NCBI GenBank assembly: GCA_029261535.1
Contig: JAJDBF010000079.1
Coordinates: 577 to 64,576, forward strand
Reading direction: 5' to 3'
Source of the DNA: Nitrospinaceae bacterium
Lineage (GTDB): Bacteria > Nitrospinota > Nitrospinia > Nitrospinales > Nitrospinaceae
Length of the DNA: 64,000 nucleotides
The translations under genes were made by a program, and so were the position numbers. The notes below the pieces were generated by a model that was not told the origin of the DNA, did no database searches, and was given only the letters and a program-made list of their open reading frames with translations. Of this stretch, positions 8,619 through 17,342 are shown in pieces (position 1 is the stretch's first letter; the number at the start of each line of letters is the position of its first letter).

Positions 8619-9338
8619 GTGGCGGATACAGAGCGGTTGTATTTTAAACAATTGTTAACCGGCGTGGATGTTGCGCAGGCGGACCCAAGTGCCAAAAGTA
8701 TGGCAAACTTTATTTACCTGATTGGTGATCGTGACACGCGCGAGTGCATGGTGGTCGACCCGGCGTGGGATATTGATGGCGTGCTGAAAATTCTGGGAGA
8801 AGATGACATGACGCTTACCGGTGCGTTGGTGACGCATTATCATCCCGATCATGTCGGAGGACACATCTTTGGGATGGACATCGTGGGTCTGCCTCGGTTG
8901 ATGGAGAAAAACCCGGTACCGGTTTATGTGAACAAGCACGAGGCGGAAGGGGTGAAGCAGGTGACGGGTCTTTCCGATTCCGATTTGAAATCCCTCGACA
9001 GTGAAGATAAATTGAAGGTGGGCGAAATTGAAATCAGTTGCCTGCACACTCCCGGTCACACGCCGGGTTCCCAGTGTTTTCGCGTTGAGGATGGTTTGAT
9101 CGCTGGTGATACTTTGTTTCTGCAAGGCTGTGGGCGCGTCGACTTGCCAGGAGGGGACAGCGAGGAGTTGTATCACACACTGACCAAACGATTGACCAAG
9201 ATACAAAATGAAGTGGTGCTGTACCCCGGCCACAATTATGGTGGCAAAGCATCGGCACCACTCGGAACCGTACGCGCCACCAATCATTATCTCAACATTA
9301 ATAGCCTTGAAGATTGGTTTCAACTCATGGGGTCCTAG
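8619..9338 (+). CDS. MBL-fold metallo-hydrolase (glyoxalase II-like)
   Basis: THYHPDHVGG (H-x-H-x-D-H) and the later HTPGHTPGS and GDTLF motifs. GTG start preceded by AGGAGAG. Confidence 0.8.
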   Translation: MADTERLYFKQLLTGVDVAQADPSAKSMANFIYLIGDRDTRECMVVDPAWDIDGVLKILGEDDMTLTGALVTHYHPDHVGGHIFGMDIVGLPRLMEKNPVPVYVNKHEAEGVKQVTGLSDSDLKSLDSEDKLKVGEIEISCLHTPGHTPGSQCFRVEDGLIAGDTLFLQGCGRVDLPGGDSEELYHTLTKRLTKIQNEVVLYPGHNYGGKASAPLGTVRATNHYLNINSLEDWFQLMGS

Positions 9339-9480
9339 GCGGACCTTGCGGTCAGCTAGCGTAAAAACTTTTTAAAGCACTGCGATGTCATTCTGAGAAG
9401 CCCCTTCGACAGGCTCAGGACAGGCTCCGGCGACGAAGAATCTCGCCTTGGATTTTGATTTAATAGTTATGCAAAGGTTT
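9339..9480. repeat. Mosaic REP-like intergenic repeat, locus 1
   Basis: It shares ATGTCATTCTGA (9385-9396), GAAGAATCTCGCCTTGGA (9435-9452) and AGTTATGCAAAG (9465-9476) with 44833-44903. GGACCTTGCGGTCAGCTA (9341-9358) is the reverse complement, with 1 mismatch, of 45091-45108. Confidence 0.8.
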
Positions 9481-9567
9481 CCTTGAATAAAAGAGGAGCC
9501 AAGGGATAACCCGAAAATAAAAACCGATCTTGTCTGAACCACCAACCTTCAATATGGAAGCTAAGGT

Positions 9568-10377
9568 ATGTCCGATTCTGTTTCTTACTCTGGTCAGCTT
9601 CGCAAAATGGAGCATGAGTTTGCCGAGCCGATTCAGTATTTCCTGAGTCTCGATGAAAATCGTCAGGAAGTGTCTTCGCAAATCGGGAAGATGCTGACGC
9701 TGGAGTTCGGTGGCGTCATCACTTGTGTCGAGTGCGGCCGGAAAATAAAGAAGACTTACGATCAGGGGTATTGCTTCCCCTGTAGCCGTGACTTGCCTGA
9801 AAATGACATGTGCGCGGTGCGGCCCGAGCGTTGCCAACATGAGACCGGGAATGAGGCGTCAAAAGAGTTCTGGCGCAACTATTGTAATGTTGATCACTTC
9901 GTCTATCTTTCGCTGACTTCGGGGGTCAAAGTGGGCGTGACCCGGCACTGGAACATTCCGTCGCGCTGGATCGATCAGGGAGCGGTCTCAGGGCTTATCA
10001 TCGCGAGAACTCCGGAGCGAAAACTTGCAGGGCAGATGGAAATTGCGCTGGCCGAACACATGGCAGACAAAACCAACTGGCGCAAAATGCTTAAAGGGGA
10101 GATCGATGTCATCGATTTGCTTGAGTGGCGGGATAAAGTTTCCGCATGGGTTCCTGAAAACTTAAAACAGTACCTGGTGCAAGGGGAGTCGATTCAGAAA
10201 CTGAGCTATCCGGTTGAGGCAACGCCGGAAAAAATATCGAGCCACAATCTGGATAAGGAGCCGGTGTTTACCGACCGGTTGACTGGTATCAAAGGGCAAT
10301 ACCTGATTCTGGAGAAGAAGGTGATCAATCTACGCAAGTATGGTGGGTACCATCTTAAGTTTGAATTTGCAGATTGA
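9568..10377 (+). CDS. Conserved hypothetical protein with an N-terminal Cys4 zinc-ribbon (possibly DUF2797-type)
   Basis: 269 aa. CVEC...CFPC pairs sit 16 residues apart near the N-terminus. The DUF2797 assignment is from memory of the family architecture only. Confidence 0.45.
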   Translation: MSDSVSYSGQLRKMEHEFAEPIQYFLSLDENRQEVSSQIGKMLTLEFGGVITCVECGRKIKKTYDQGYCFPCSRDLPENDMCAVRPERCQHETGNEASKEFWRNYCNVDHFVYLSLTSGVKVGVTRHWNIPSRWIDQGAVSGLIIARTPERKLAGQMEIALAEHMADKTNWRKMLKGEIDVIDLLEWRDKVSAWVPENLKQYLVQGESIQKLSYPVEATPEKISSHNLDKEPVFTDRLTGIKGQYLILEKKVINLRKYGGYHLKFEFAD

Positions 10378-10457
10378 GGAAAGTAAAAAAAGCCCCGGAC
10401 ATGTCGCCCGGAGCTTTTTGAAAAACACTTTGAAAATTTTGCGCTATTGAAGCCGGG

Positions 10458-11345
10458 TTATGCGGCCTTCTTGACGATCACGCCGGAGAAAAATTTATTT
10501 TCTCGATCTTCATCGCGCTGGAGTTTGGCAACCTTGATATTTTTTGCAAGGCCCAGGGTTTTTAGTACCCAGATAGCCGCCCAGGTGAGGTCAATTTCCC
10601 AGGGCCGGAGGCCATGTCGGGCAGAGCTTGGAAAGGCGTGGTGATTGTTGTGCCAGCCTTCGCCCCAGGCGATGAGGCCCACCCACCAGCAGTTAGTGGA
10701 AAGGTCGTCTTTCAATTTGACGTTGCGGTATCCCCACAAATGCGCGGCACTGTTGACGAACCAGGTGGAATGGTAGCCGATAACCATCCGGACAAAAATT
10801 CCCCAGATGACGAAGGACCAGCCACCCATGGCAAACAGAATCAGTGCCAGCACACCTTGCAGTTTCAGGAAATTGTTGTCGAGGAATTTATAGAACCGAT
10901 CGCCTTGCAGATCTTTGGAATGGGCAATGATTTTCTGCGGATCGTCATAATGATTGCGGTAGATCATCCAGCCAAAATGCGACCAGTAAAATCCGTACAG
11001 CATACTGTGAGGGTCCATCGGTGTATCTGAGCTGGCGTGGTGCATTCGGTGCTGGGCGACCCACTTTGTGGGTCCGTTCTGGCACGCCAGTGTGCCGCAC
11101 AGAGCAAAAAAGTAACCCACGTATTTTGGCAGTTCAAAACTGCGGTGCGTCAGGTAACGGTGGAACCCGAGGCAGATACCCAGCGATGCCGTGACCCAGT
11201 AGAGGAAAAACATCACCGCGACAGCCGACCACGAGAAAAACTGGGGTAAGAAGGCGAGAGCCGCGGCCAGATGCAGGCCGGTGAAAAACGCCACGTTAAT
11301 CTTGGACAGATTTTTTTTCAGATCAGTTTTGGATAGGGCAGACAT
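10458..11345 (-). CDS. Membrane acyl-CoA/acyl-lipid delta-9-type fatty acid desaturase
   Basis: Three histidine boxes, HRYLTH, HRMHH and HNNHH (in GEGWHNNHHAFP), plus N-terminal TM helices. Confidence 0.85.
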   Translation of the reverse strand: MSALSKTDLKKNLSKINVAFFTGLHLAAALAFLPQFFSWSAVAVMFFLYWVTASLGICLGFHRYLTHRSFELPKYVGYFFALCGTLACQNGPTKWVAQHRMHHASSDTPMDPHSMLYGFYWSHFGWMIYRNHYDDPQKIIAHSKDLQGDRFYKFLDNNFLKLQGVLALILFAMGGWSFVIWGIFVRMVIGYHSTWFVNSAAHLWGYRNVKLKDDLSTNCWWVGLIAWGEGWHNNHHAFPSSARHGLRPWEIDLTWAAIWVLKTLGLAKNIKVAKLQRDEDRENKFFSGVIVKKAA

Positions 11346-11522
11346 GACTTGAAAAGCCTTTCGTCAAAAATTTGGGTAAATGCCTAACGCACTCTGTACA
11401 GCATAAGCTTACAGGGAGATGGTTGTGTAAATTGTAAAACTTATGTAACATTTTAAATAATCAATGCCTTGGGCCTGTCCGGAGGCCGGTTTTCATGGGT
11501 GCGAAAATGGTAAAATCAGCTT

Positions 11523-12548
11523 ATGAATAAGATAAAAACTATCTTTCATCCCATAATTATTTTCATTGGGGTGCAGGTCGCCTGGATCATCATGATGGCG
11601 ATCTGGATTTGGTGGTACCTCAAAAACCGCCAGGATTTTAAGGCTTTCGCGGAACGGCTCCAACCGGAGCTGTTTGCCAACGACCTCAACTGGGTGGTCC
11701 TGCTTGAAGGTTGCTTCCTGATGATCCTGATCCTTGGCGGATTTTACGTCATCTTTTTGTTCTGGAACAAGCAGGCCAAGCTCAATCAGTTGCAAAGTAA
11801 TTTTGTTTCCAGCATGACGCATGAATTGAAGTCGCCGCTGGCTTCTATCCAGCTATATCTCGAAACCCTTAAATATCACGATGTGTCACGCGAGGAATCG
11901 CGGGATTTCGTAGAGACCATGCTCAACGATACCGAGCGACTTTCCGGCCTCATTGAAAATATTTTACGATCCAGTCACCCGGACCCGAGGAACATGCAGA
12001 ACGAGTTCCAGCCAGTTGACTTGAAGGCTTTTCTTGAGGACGTGGTGGAGGGTCATCTGCCACAGTTTCGCGAGAACACGATTGAGCTGGTCAAGGACTT
12101 GACCTCCGTGCCGACGATCATGATGGACAAGCGTTCCATGCGCATGGTGTTCAACAATCTGATGAGCAATGCGTTGCGTTACACCCTGTCTACCAGGGAT
12201 GCTTCGGTTACGGTGCGACTCATTGCGGATGACAGGAACTGCCACATATCATTTGAAGATAAAGGTATTGGCCTCAATGAGCGCGAGCGCAAAAGAATTT
12301 TCCGCAAATTTTATCGGGTTTCGATGCCGGAAACCCAGAACATTGTTGGGGCCGGTCTCGGGTTGTACATCTCAAGCGAAATTGTAAAAAGTCATGGCGG
12401 ACGCATCACAGTCGCCAGTGGCGGCAAGGGCAAGGGGTCGACATTCACCATCACCCTGCCATTGAGTGGGGTTCCCGCTCCCTCCTGGTGGGAGCAAATA
12501 AGTGCTCCCTTGAAGATGACTTTTGGTCACGGCTCTGGCGGCAACTAG
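11523..12548 (+). CDS. Sensor histidine kinase with two TM helices and only a short external loop
   Basis: H-box SSMTHELKSPL, N-box NLMSNALRY, and G-boxes DKGIGL and GAGLGLYIS. The N-terminal 90 aa are two hydrophobic helices separated by about 25 aa. Confidence 0.85.
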   Translation: MNKIKTIFHPIIIFIGVQVAWIIMMAIWIWWYLKNRQDFKAFAERLQPELFANDLNWVVLLEGCFLMILILGGFYVIFLFWNKQAKLNQLQSNFVSSMTHELKSPLASIQLYLETLKYHDVSREESRDFVETMLNDTERLSGLIENILRSSHPDPRNMQNEFQPVDLKAFLEDVVEGHLPQFRENTIELVKDLTSVPTIMMDKRSMRMVFNNLMSNALRYTLSTRDASVTVRLIADDRNCHISFEDKGIGLNERERKRIFRKFYRVSMPETQNIVGAGLGLYISSEIVKSHGGRITVASGGKGKGSTFTITLPLSGVPAPSWWEQISAPLKMTFGHGSGGN

Positions 12549-12705
12549 CGCAACCGGGGTCGGGTGCACGATCATTGTGAAACATTTTTCAGGGGAACGT
12601 CTGATTGACTGGGAGATTTTGTTCCGGTTGTCATGATGCTACTCATCGAAGTGCGACAACCGGTTTTCCGCAGATATCGAACAGGAAAATTTTTAAACAG
12701 GTCTT

Positions 12706-13422
12706 ATGGAGTCGACGGAAACTAAGAAAAAGCGCATCCTGGTGGTTGAGGACGAAGCGCATCTGGCCAAGGGGTTGAAGTTCAACCTGACCCGCGAAGG
12801 GTATGATGTGGAGTTGGCGGGCGATGGAGAACTGGCGCTTGAGGGCTACAAAACGGGTGAATTCGACATGATGATCCTCGACCTCATGCTTCCGAGGCTC
12901 GGTGGGCTGGAGGTGGTGCGGACGATTCGGCAGAATGATGTGCGTTTCCCTGTCCTGATGCTGACCGCGCGCTCGGCAGATGAAGATCGCGCTTCCGGCC
13001 TTGAAGCGGGAGCCGATGACTACCTCACCAAACCGTTCCATCTGCCGGAATTGTTATTGCGGGTGAAAGGCATCCTGCGGCGCGGGGATTGGTACAAGGA
13101 GCCGGTGCGCGAGAAGGAAGTGTTTCATTTTGACGACAGGTGGGTGAATTTCGGAACGGGAAGGGCCTTTGGTTCTTCGGGCGAGTTTGTTCTCACTCAC
13201 AAGGAAGCCATGATCATGAACCTCCTCATCTCAAGACGTGGAGAGGCGGTCAGCCGGGAAGAATTGCTGGAGAAAGTCTGGGGGTTTCGGCCCGACACCG
13301 AAACCCGGACCCTCGACAACTTCATATCGCGACTGCGCAAATACTTCGAGAAGAAACCGCAAAACCCAGAATACATTTTGACCGTCCGGGAAAAGGGTTA
13401 TCAATTCCGGGCAGATGCCTGA
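12706..13422 (+). CDS. OmpR/PhoB-family response regulator
   Basis: Receiver domain (ILVVEDE, MMILDLMLP, LTARS) plus a winged-helix output (TRTLDNFISRLRKYF...REKGYQF). Confidence 0.85.
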   Translation: MESTETKKKRILVVEDEAHLAKGLKFNLTREGYDVELAGDGELALEGYKTGEFDMMILDLMLPRLGGLEVVRTIRQNDVRFPVLMLTARSADEDRASGLEAGADDYLTKPFHLPELLLRVKGILRRGDWYKEPVREKEVFHFDDRWVNFGTGRAFGSSGEFVLTHKEAMIMNLLISRRGEAVSREELLEKVWGFRPDTETRTLDNFISRLRKYFEKKPQNPEYILTVREKGYQFRADA

Positions 13423-14083
13423 GCCTGCTATGCCGATCCCTCGCAAGCGATCCCGTAAAAAAAATCCAATCTCAGAAAATGATTTTCTTGAGTTTGAGGA
13501 GAAACCTCGCGCTGACGATCCGTTTGGTGAGGGCTGGGATGGCAGTGACTGGAAGCCGGTGTCGCGACTGGTTTTTGGCATCAGTACATGTTTCTTTTTT
13601 TATATGGTCTATCTTCTCGCCAGCGACAACGCCATAACCGGTCGGTCGTTTGTCATCATGATGTTGCACAATGTGAACCTGGTGTTCCATGAATTTGGCC
13701 ATCCGGCATTTTCATTGTTTGGCGATACGATGGGTATTCTTGGAGGGACTCTGGGGCAATTGGGGATCCCCTTGATCGTGACCGTGGCCTTTTGGAAAAA
13801 GCGAGACAGTCTTGGATTTGCCGTAGGGTGTTTCTGGTTTTTTGAAAACTTTCTCGATGTCGCCGTTTACATGGCTGATGCGATTGACCTCAAACTTCAG
13901 CTCATAGGTAACTTGGGGATGGAAGCGCACGACTGGCGCAATCTTTTTCTCCGGTGGGATTGCATCCTGAGCGCAAAAAAAATTGCTGGTGTTACCAGTG
14001 CCCTGGGTTGGATCGGGATGTTCTGGGCCTGGCTTTGGCTGGGGTGGCGTTGTCTGCTGACGCGCAACGCCCAACTGCAATAA
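13415..14083 (+). CDS. Polytopic membrane protein with an HExxH motif
   Basis: It overlaps the response-regulator stop by 8 nt. It contains NLVFHEFGHPAF followed by several hydrophobic helices. An alternative start is the Met at 13430. Confidence 0.6.
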   Translation: MPEPAMPIPRKRSRKKNPISENDFLEFEEKPRADDPFGEGWDGSDWKPVSRLVFGISTCFFFYMVYLLASDNAITGRSFVIMMLHNVNLVFHEFGHPAFSLFGDTMGILGGTLGQLGIPLIVTVAFWKKRDSLGFAVGCFWFFENFLDVAVYMADAIDLKLQLIGNLGMEAHDWRNLFLRWDCILSAKKIAGVTSALGWIGMFWAWLWLGWRCLLTRNAQLQ

Positions 14084-14119
14084 ACATTTAACAGGGACCT
14101 CTTAAAATTTGAAAAAAAT

Positions 14120-14215
14120 TTGTTTCGGCAACCGGCAGACCTTCTGAAATCAAGGCTTGCTGTTTGTTGGCCGTGCGCCAGCACCTCGCGGTCAGAAACA
14201 AATCTTAGAGGCACC
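14120..14215. repeat. Mosaic REP-like intergenic repeat, locus 2
   Basis: GGCCGTGCGCCAGCACCT (14169-14186) matches 45017-45034 at 17/18 positions. ACCTCGCGGTC (14183-14193) is identical to 44801-44811. Confidence 0.7.
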
Positions 14216-14233
14216 CGGTAAGGAGTCTTCACG

Positions 14234-14446
14234 GTGTACGACGAACAAATGGAAAAACTGATTGTGGCTCTGATGGTGGTCATCGAAAATGAGGGCGGAG
14301 AGGTCAAGGTTAACATGGACGATTTCCGCCGAATGTTTGAAGTCCGGCACCGCAAAGGCATTCAGGTCCGCGAAAGAGGGGACACCGAAATGGTACTGGT
14401 TCTGGGTGACATGCCAGTGAGCCCCGACGATGCTATGTCTAACTGA
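14234..14446 (+). CDS. Small hypothetical protein (70 aa)
   Basis: GTG start 8 nt downstream of AGGAG (14221-14225), with an acidic, protein-like composition. No family recognised. Confidence 0.45.
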   Translation: MYDEQMEKLIVALMVVIENEGGEVKVNMDDFRRMFEVRHRKGIQVRERGDTEMVLVLGDMPVSPDDAMSN

Positions 14447-14491
14447 ATTTCACAGGGCTTCTTGTTTAAGTCCTAAGGAGATAACAAACGC

Positions 14492-15844
14492 ATGATGTCT
14501 GAACTGAGTCCGATGACTCTTGAAAAATTTATGGAAGGTCTCGTCAAGAGGAATCCGAAGGAACCTGAATTTCACCAGGCGGTTCTGGAAGTTGCTGAAG
14601 TGGTGATCCCCTATATCAACCTGCACCCAAAGTACATCCGGTCACGCATTTTGGAGCGCATGACGGAGCCAGACCGGACCCTTATCTTCCGCGTTTGCTG
14701 GGAAGATGATGAACACCACATCCAGGTCAATCGCGGATACCGTGTGCAGTTCAACAATGCGATTGGCCCTTACAAGGGAGGCCTGCGATTTCACCCGTCG
14801 GTCAATCTGAGCATTCTGAAATTTTTAGGGTTTGAGCAGACCTTTAAAAACAGCCTCACTCAACTGCCCATGGGGGCGGCAAAAGGCGGAGCCAATTTTG
14901 ATCCAAAGGGGAAATCTGAATGGGAAATCATGCGATTTTGCCAGTCGTTTATGACGGAGTTGTCCAAGCATATTGGTGAAGACATCGATGTGCCGGCAGG
15001 GGACATCGGAGTCGGTGCCCGCGAGATCAGTTTTATGTTTGGCCAGTACAAGAGGCTCAAGAATGAATTCACCGGAACCTTGACGGGCAAAGGTCTGGAG
15101 TTTGGTGGGAGCCTGATTCGTAAGGAGGCGACCGGTTACGGGTGCGTGTATTTTATGGAAGAGATGCTGAAAAATAATAATGACTCGATAAAGGGCAAGC
15201 GTTGCCTTGTTTCTGGATCTGGCAACGTGGCTCTCTACGCTACAGAGAAGCTGATTGCAGTGGGAGCAAAGGTGGTGACTCTTTCGGATTCGTCCGGTTT
15301 CATTTATGTTCCGGATGGAATCGATCAGGAACAGTTGGAATTTGTTATCGAGCTGAAAGTGTTCAGGCGGGGCCGCCTGGCGAAAGCAGCGGAGCACTTT
15401 AAATGGGAATATCACCCGGATAAAAAACCGTGGGGTGTGCCTGCGGACCTGGCTTTTCCTTGCGCGACACAGAATGAAATTGATGTTGGGCAAGCCGACC
15501 TTATGATTAAAAATGGAATTCGCGCTGTGGCCGAGGGTGCGAATATGCCGACCTTGTCCACGGCGATCAAAAAGTTTCAGAATGCAGGTGTCCTGTTTGC
15601 GCCAGGAAAGGCATCCAATGCCGGGGGCGTTGCCGTCTCTGGCCTGGAAATGACCCAGAACAGTCTGCGCATGGCCTGGGGCAAGGATGACATCGACCTG
15701 ATGCTACGCAGTATCATGGGAGATATTCACCAACAATGTTTGAGGTATGGTGAAGAGGCAGGGAATATTGACTATGTGAAAGGTGCCAATATATCCGGAT
15801 TCAAGAAAGTGGCCGATGCCATGCTGGCCTATGGCGTGGTCTGA
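14492..15844 (+). CDS. gdhA: NADP-specific glutamate dehydrogenase
   Basis: 450 aa. KGGLRFHPSVNLSILKFLGFEQTFKNSLT and PMGAAKGG are diagnostic Glu/Leu/Phe/Val dehydrogenase motifs, and there is a GSGNVA dinucleotide fold. Confidence 0.92.
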   Translation: MMSELSPMTLEKFMEGLVKRNPKEPEFHQAVLEVAEVVIPYINLHPKYIRSRILERMTEPDRTLIFRVCWEDDEHHIQVNRGYRVQFNNAIGPYKGGLRFHPSVNLSILKFLGFEQTFKNSLTQLPMGAAKGGANFDPKGKSEWEIMRFCQSFMTELSKHIGEDIDVPAGDIGVGAREISFMFGQYKRLKNEFTGTLTGKGLEFGGSLIRKEATGYGCVYFMEEMLKNNNDSIKGKRCLVSGSGNVALYATEKLIAVGAKVVTLSDSSGFIYVPDGIDQEQLEFVIELKVFRRGRLAKAAEHFKWEYHPDKKPWGVPADLAFPCATQNEIDVGQADLMIKNGIRAVAEGANMPTLSTAIKKFQNAGVLFAPGKASNAGGVAVSGLEMTQNSLRMAWGKDDIDLMLRSIMGDIHQQCLRYGEEAGNIDYVKGANISGFKKVADAMLAYGVV

Positions 15845-15955
15845 AAATATTGCGCTAAATATTATTTTTCCCTTGAATGTGTATTCGGGTTTAGTGGTAG
15901 TCTCAATATTGATATCTGTAGGTTGATGGTTCCTTTAAATTCAGGGAGATCGTTT

Positions 15956-16414
15956 ATGGAACAATTGGAACAGTTTTTTAAAACGGATGATGGTTGGGAC
16001 AAGACGGCTCTCAGGCTTGCGGTCGGCGGTGTGATGTTTCCGCACGGCGCACAAAAACTTCTGGGATGGTTTGGCGGTTATGGTTTTAACGGCACCATGG
16101 GTTTTTTTACCGATTCCATAGGCATGCCCTGGGTCATGGGCTTCATGGTTATCATGGTGGAGTTTTTTGCCAGTCTGGCTATATTGGCAGGCGCGTTGAC
16201 TCGTCTTTCCGCCTTCGGGGTTATGGTGGTGATGACAGGCGCGGTGACAGTTGCGCACTGGCAGAACGGTTTTTTCATGAACTGGTCCAGCAAAAGTGAA
16301 GGCGAAGGTTTTGAATATCACCTGCTGATGATCGGCATGTGTCTGGCGTTGATCATCGGAGGGGGAGGCAAAGCTTCCATCGACAGGATGGTTTTCCAGC
16401 GTCTGAAAACCTGA
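15956..16414 (+). CDS. DoxX-family membrane protein
   Basis: RLAVGGVMFPHGAQKLLGWFGG followed by 3-4 TM helices. I chose the ATG at 15956, preceded by GGGAG, as the start. Confidence 0.7.
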   Translation: MEQLEQFFKTDDGWDKTALRLAVGGVMFPHGAQKLLGWFGGYGFNGTMGFFTDSIGMPWVMGFMVIMVEFFASLAILAGALTRLSAFGVMVVMTGAVTVAHWQNGFFMNWSSKSEGEGFEYHLLMIGMCLALIIGGGGKASIDRMVFQRLKT

Positions 16415-16449
16415 CCTCTGCAGAAAGAGATATTTAATAAGTGGGAAGT

Positions 16450-16791
16450 TCAGCCACTTTTTTTGCCAGCATACAGAACCACTGTTACCGTTTGTTCTGT
16501 AATCAGGCCCTCGGTCACCACCCCGTCCAGCAGAGGTTTCACGCGTTCGATATTTTTTTTGGTGTCGACCACTTCGACCACCACCGGCAAGTCGGCAGAC
16601 AGTCTGAGGATGGAGGTTGTATGGGCGTGGCTGGTTTTGCCATAGCCATCAATGGCGCGAAGGACTGTGCAACCTGATAAACCTTCCTTGCGAAATAATT
16701 CGATCAGGTATTTGTACAAGGGTTTATCCTGATAGCGCGTTGCTTCCCCGGTGTGAATTCTGAGAACCACGGCTTCGCTATTTAGTTCCAT
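16450..16791 (-). CDS. DUF190 (PII-like) protein co-transcribed with crcB
   Basis: 113 aa. The LRIHTGE...PLY..L......GL.G.TVLR...GYG pattern is typical of DUF190. It lies 15 nt downstream of crcB. Confidence 0.65.
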   Translation of the reverse strand: MELNSEAVVLRIHTGEATRYQDKPLYKYLIELFRKEGLSGCTVLRAIDGYGKTSHAHTTSILRLSADLPVVVEVVDTKKNIERVKPLLDGVVTEGLITEQTVTVVLYAGKKSG

Positions 16792-16806
16792 AAACAGGAT
16801 CCTTTT

Positions 16807-17178
16807 TTATAATTGCAAGGCCAGCACTCGACCGAGATACACTCCCAGTACGGTCAGCACGACCGAGCCAATGACGTTCGCTGAGACCAGCCCCCACTGC
16901 CCCTGATCCATCAGACGAAAGGTTTCGTAGCCGAAGGTGGACATGGTGGTGAAGGAGCCGAGCAGACCGATGCATAGAAACAAGCGGGCTTCTTCCGACA
17001 GGATGCCTTTGTATTCGGAAAGAAACATCAGAGTTCCCAGAAAAAAACTTCCGAGAAAGTTGACGGACAAAGTGCCCAGCGGAAACTGCGTGCCACTGCC
17101 CTGAACCCATCCGCTCACTAGATATCTAAGGATCGCGCCGAGGAATCCTCCCGCGCCGACCCAAAGTAAAACCGACAT
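16807..17178 (-). CDS. crcB: Fluoride ion channel CrcB/Fluc
   Basis: GAGGFLGAILRY, GTLSVNFLGSFFLG and GSFTTMSTF motifs. The ORF-track N-terminal 45 aa are not CrcB-like, so I start at Met46 (ATG 17178), preceded by AAGGAG. Confidence 0.85.
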   Translation of the reverse strand: MSVLLWVGAGGFLGAILRYLVSGWVQGSGTQFPLGTLSVNFLGSFFLGTLMFLSEYKGILSEEARLFLCIGLLGSFTTMSTFGYETFRLMDQGQWGLVSANVIGSVVLTVLGVYLGRVLALQL

Positions 17179-17342
17179 GCTGGCTCCTTCATTGTGCATT
17201 CTGATTGCAACGTGCAAACAAACCTGCTTATACTTTATTAGATTTTGCCGGGGTTCCCAAACAGTTTGTTTGTGTGCCTCTCCAGTCAGGACCTGATATT
17301 GATCCGACGACATTCGTCTGAAGGAGGGATTGTAACTGCCGG

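Noticed and set aside
10447-11249. Plus-strand ORFs antisense to the desaturase (10447..10644, 10614..11030, 11037..11249). The same applies to similar antisense ORFs inside gdhA, btuB, mutL, glgA and others.
   Set aside because: The opposite-strand frames carry diagnostic family motifs, so these ORFs are typical antisense artefacts.
17179-17313. The 45-aa N-terminal extension of crcB given in the ORF track.
   Set aside because: The extension is not CrcB-like, whereas Met46 starts the canonical MSVLLWVGAGGFLGAILRY and is preceded by AAGGAG.
17179-17340. I searched the crcB leader for a fluoride (crcB-motif) riboswitch.
   Set aside because: Reading the minus strand upstream of ATG 17178, I could not find the conserved GGCGAUGG...AACCGCC...CUGAUGAUGCCUAC-type elements. 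Only vague resemblances (AACCCCGGC) were present. A covariance-model search would be needed to be sure.
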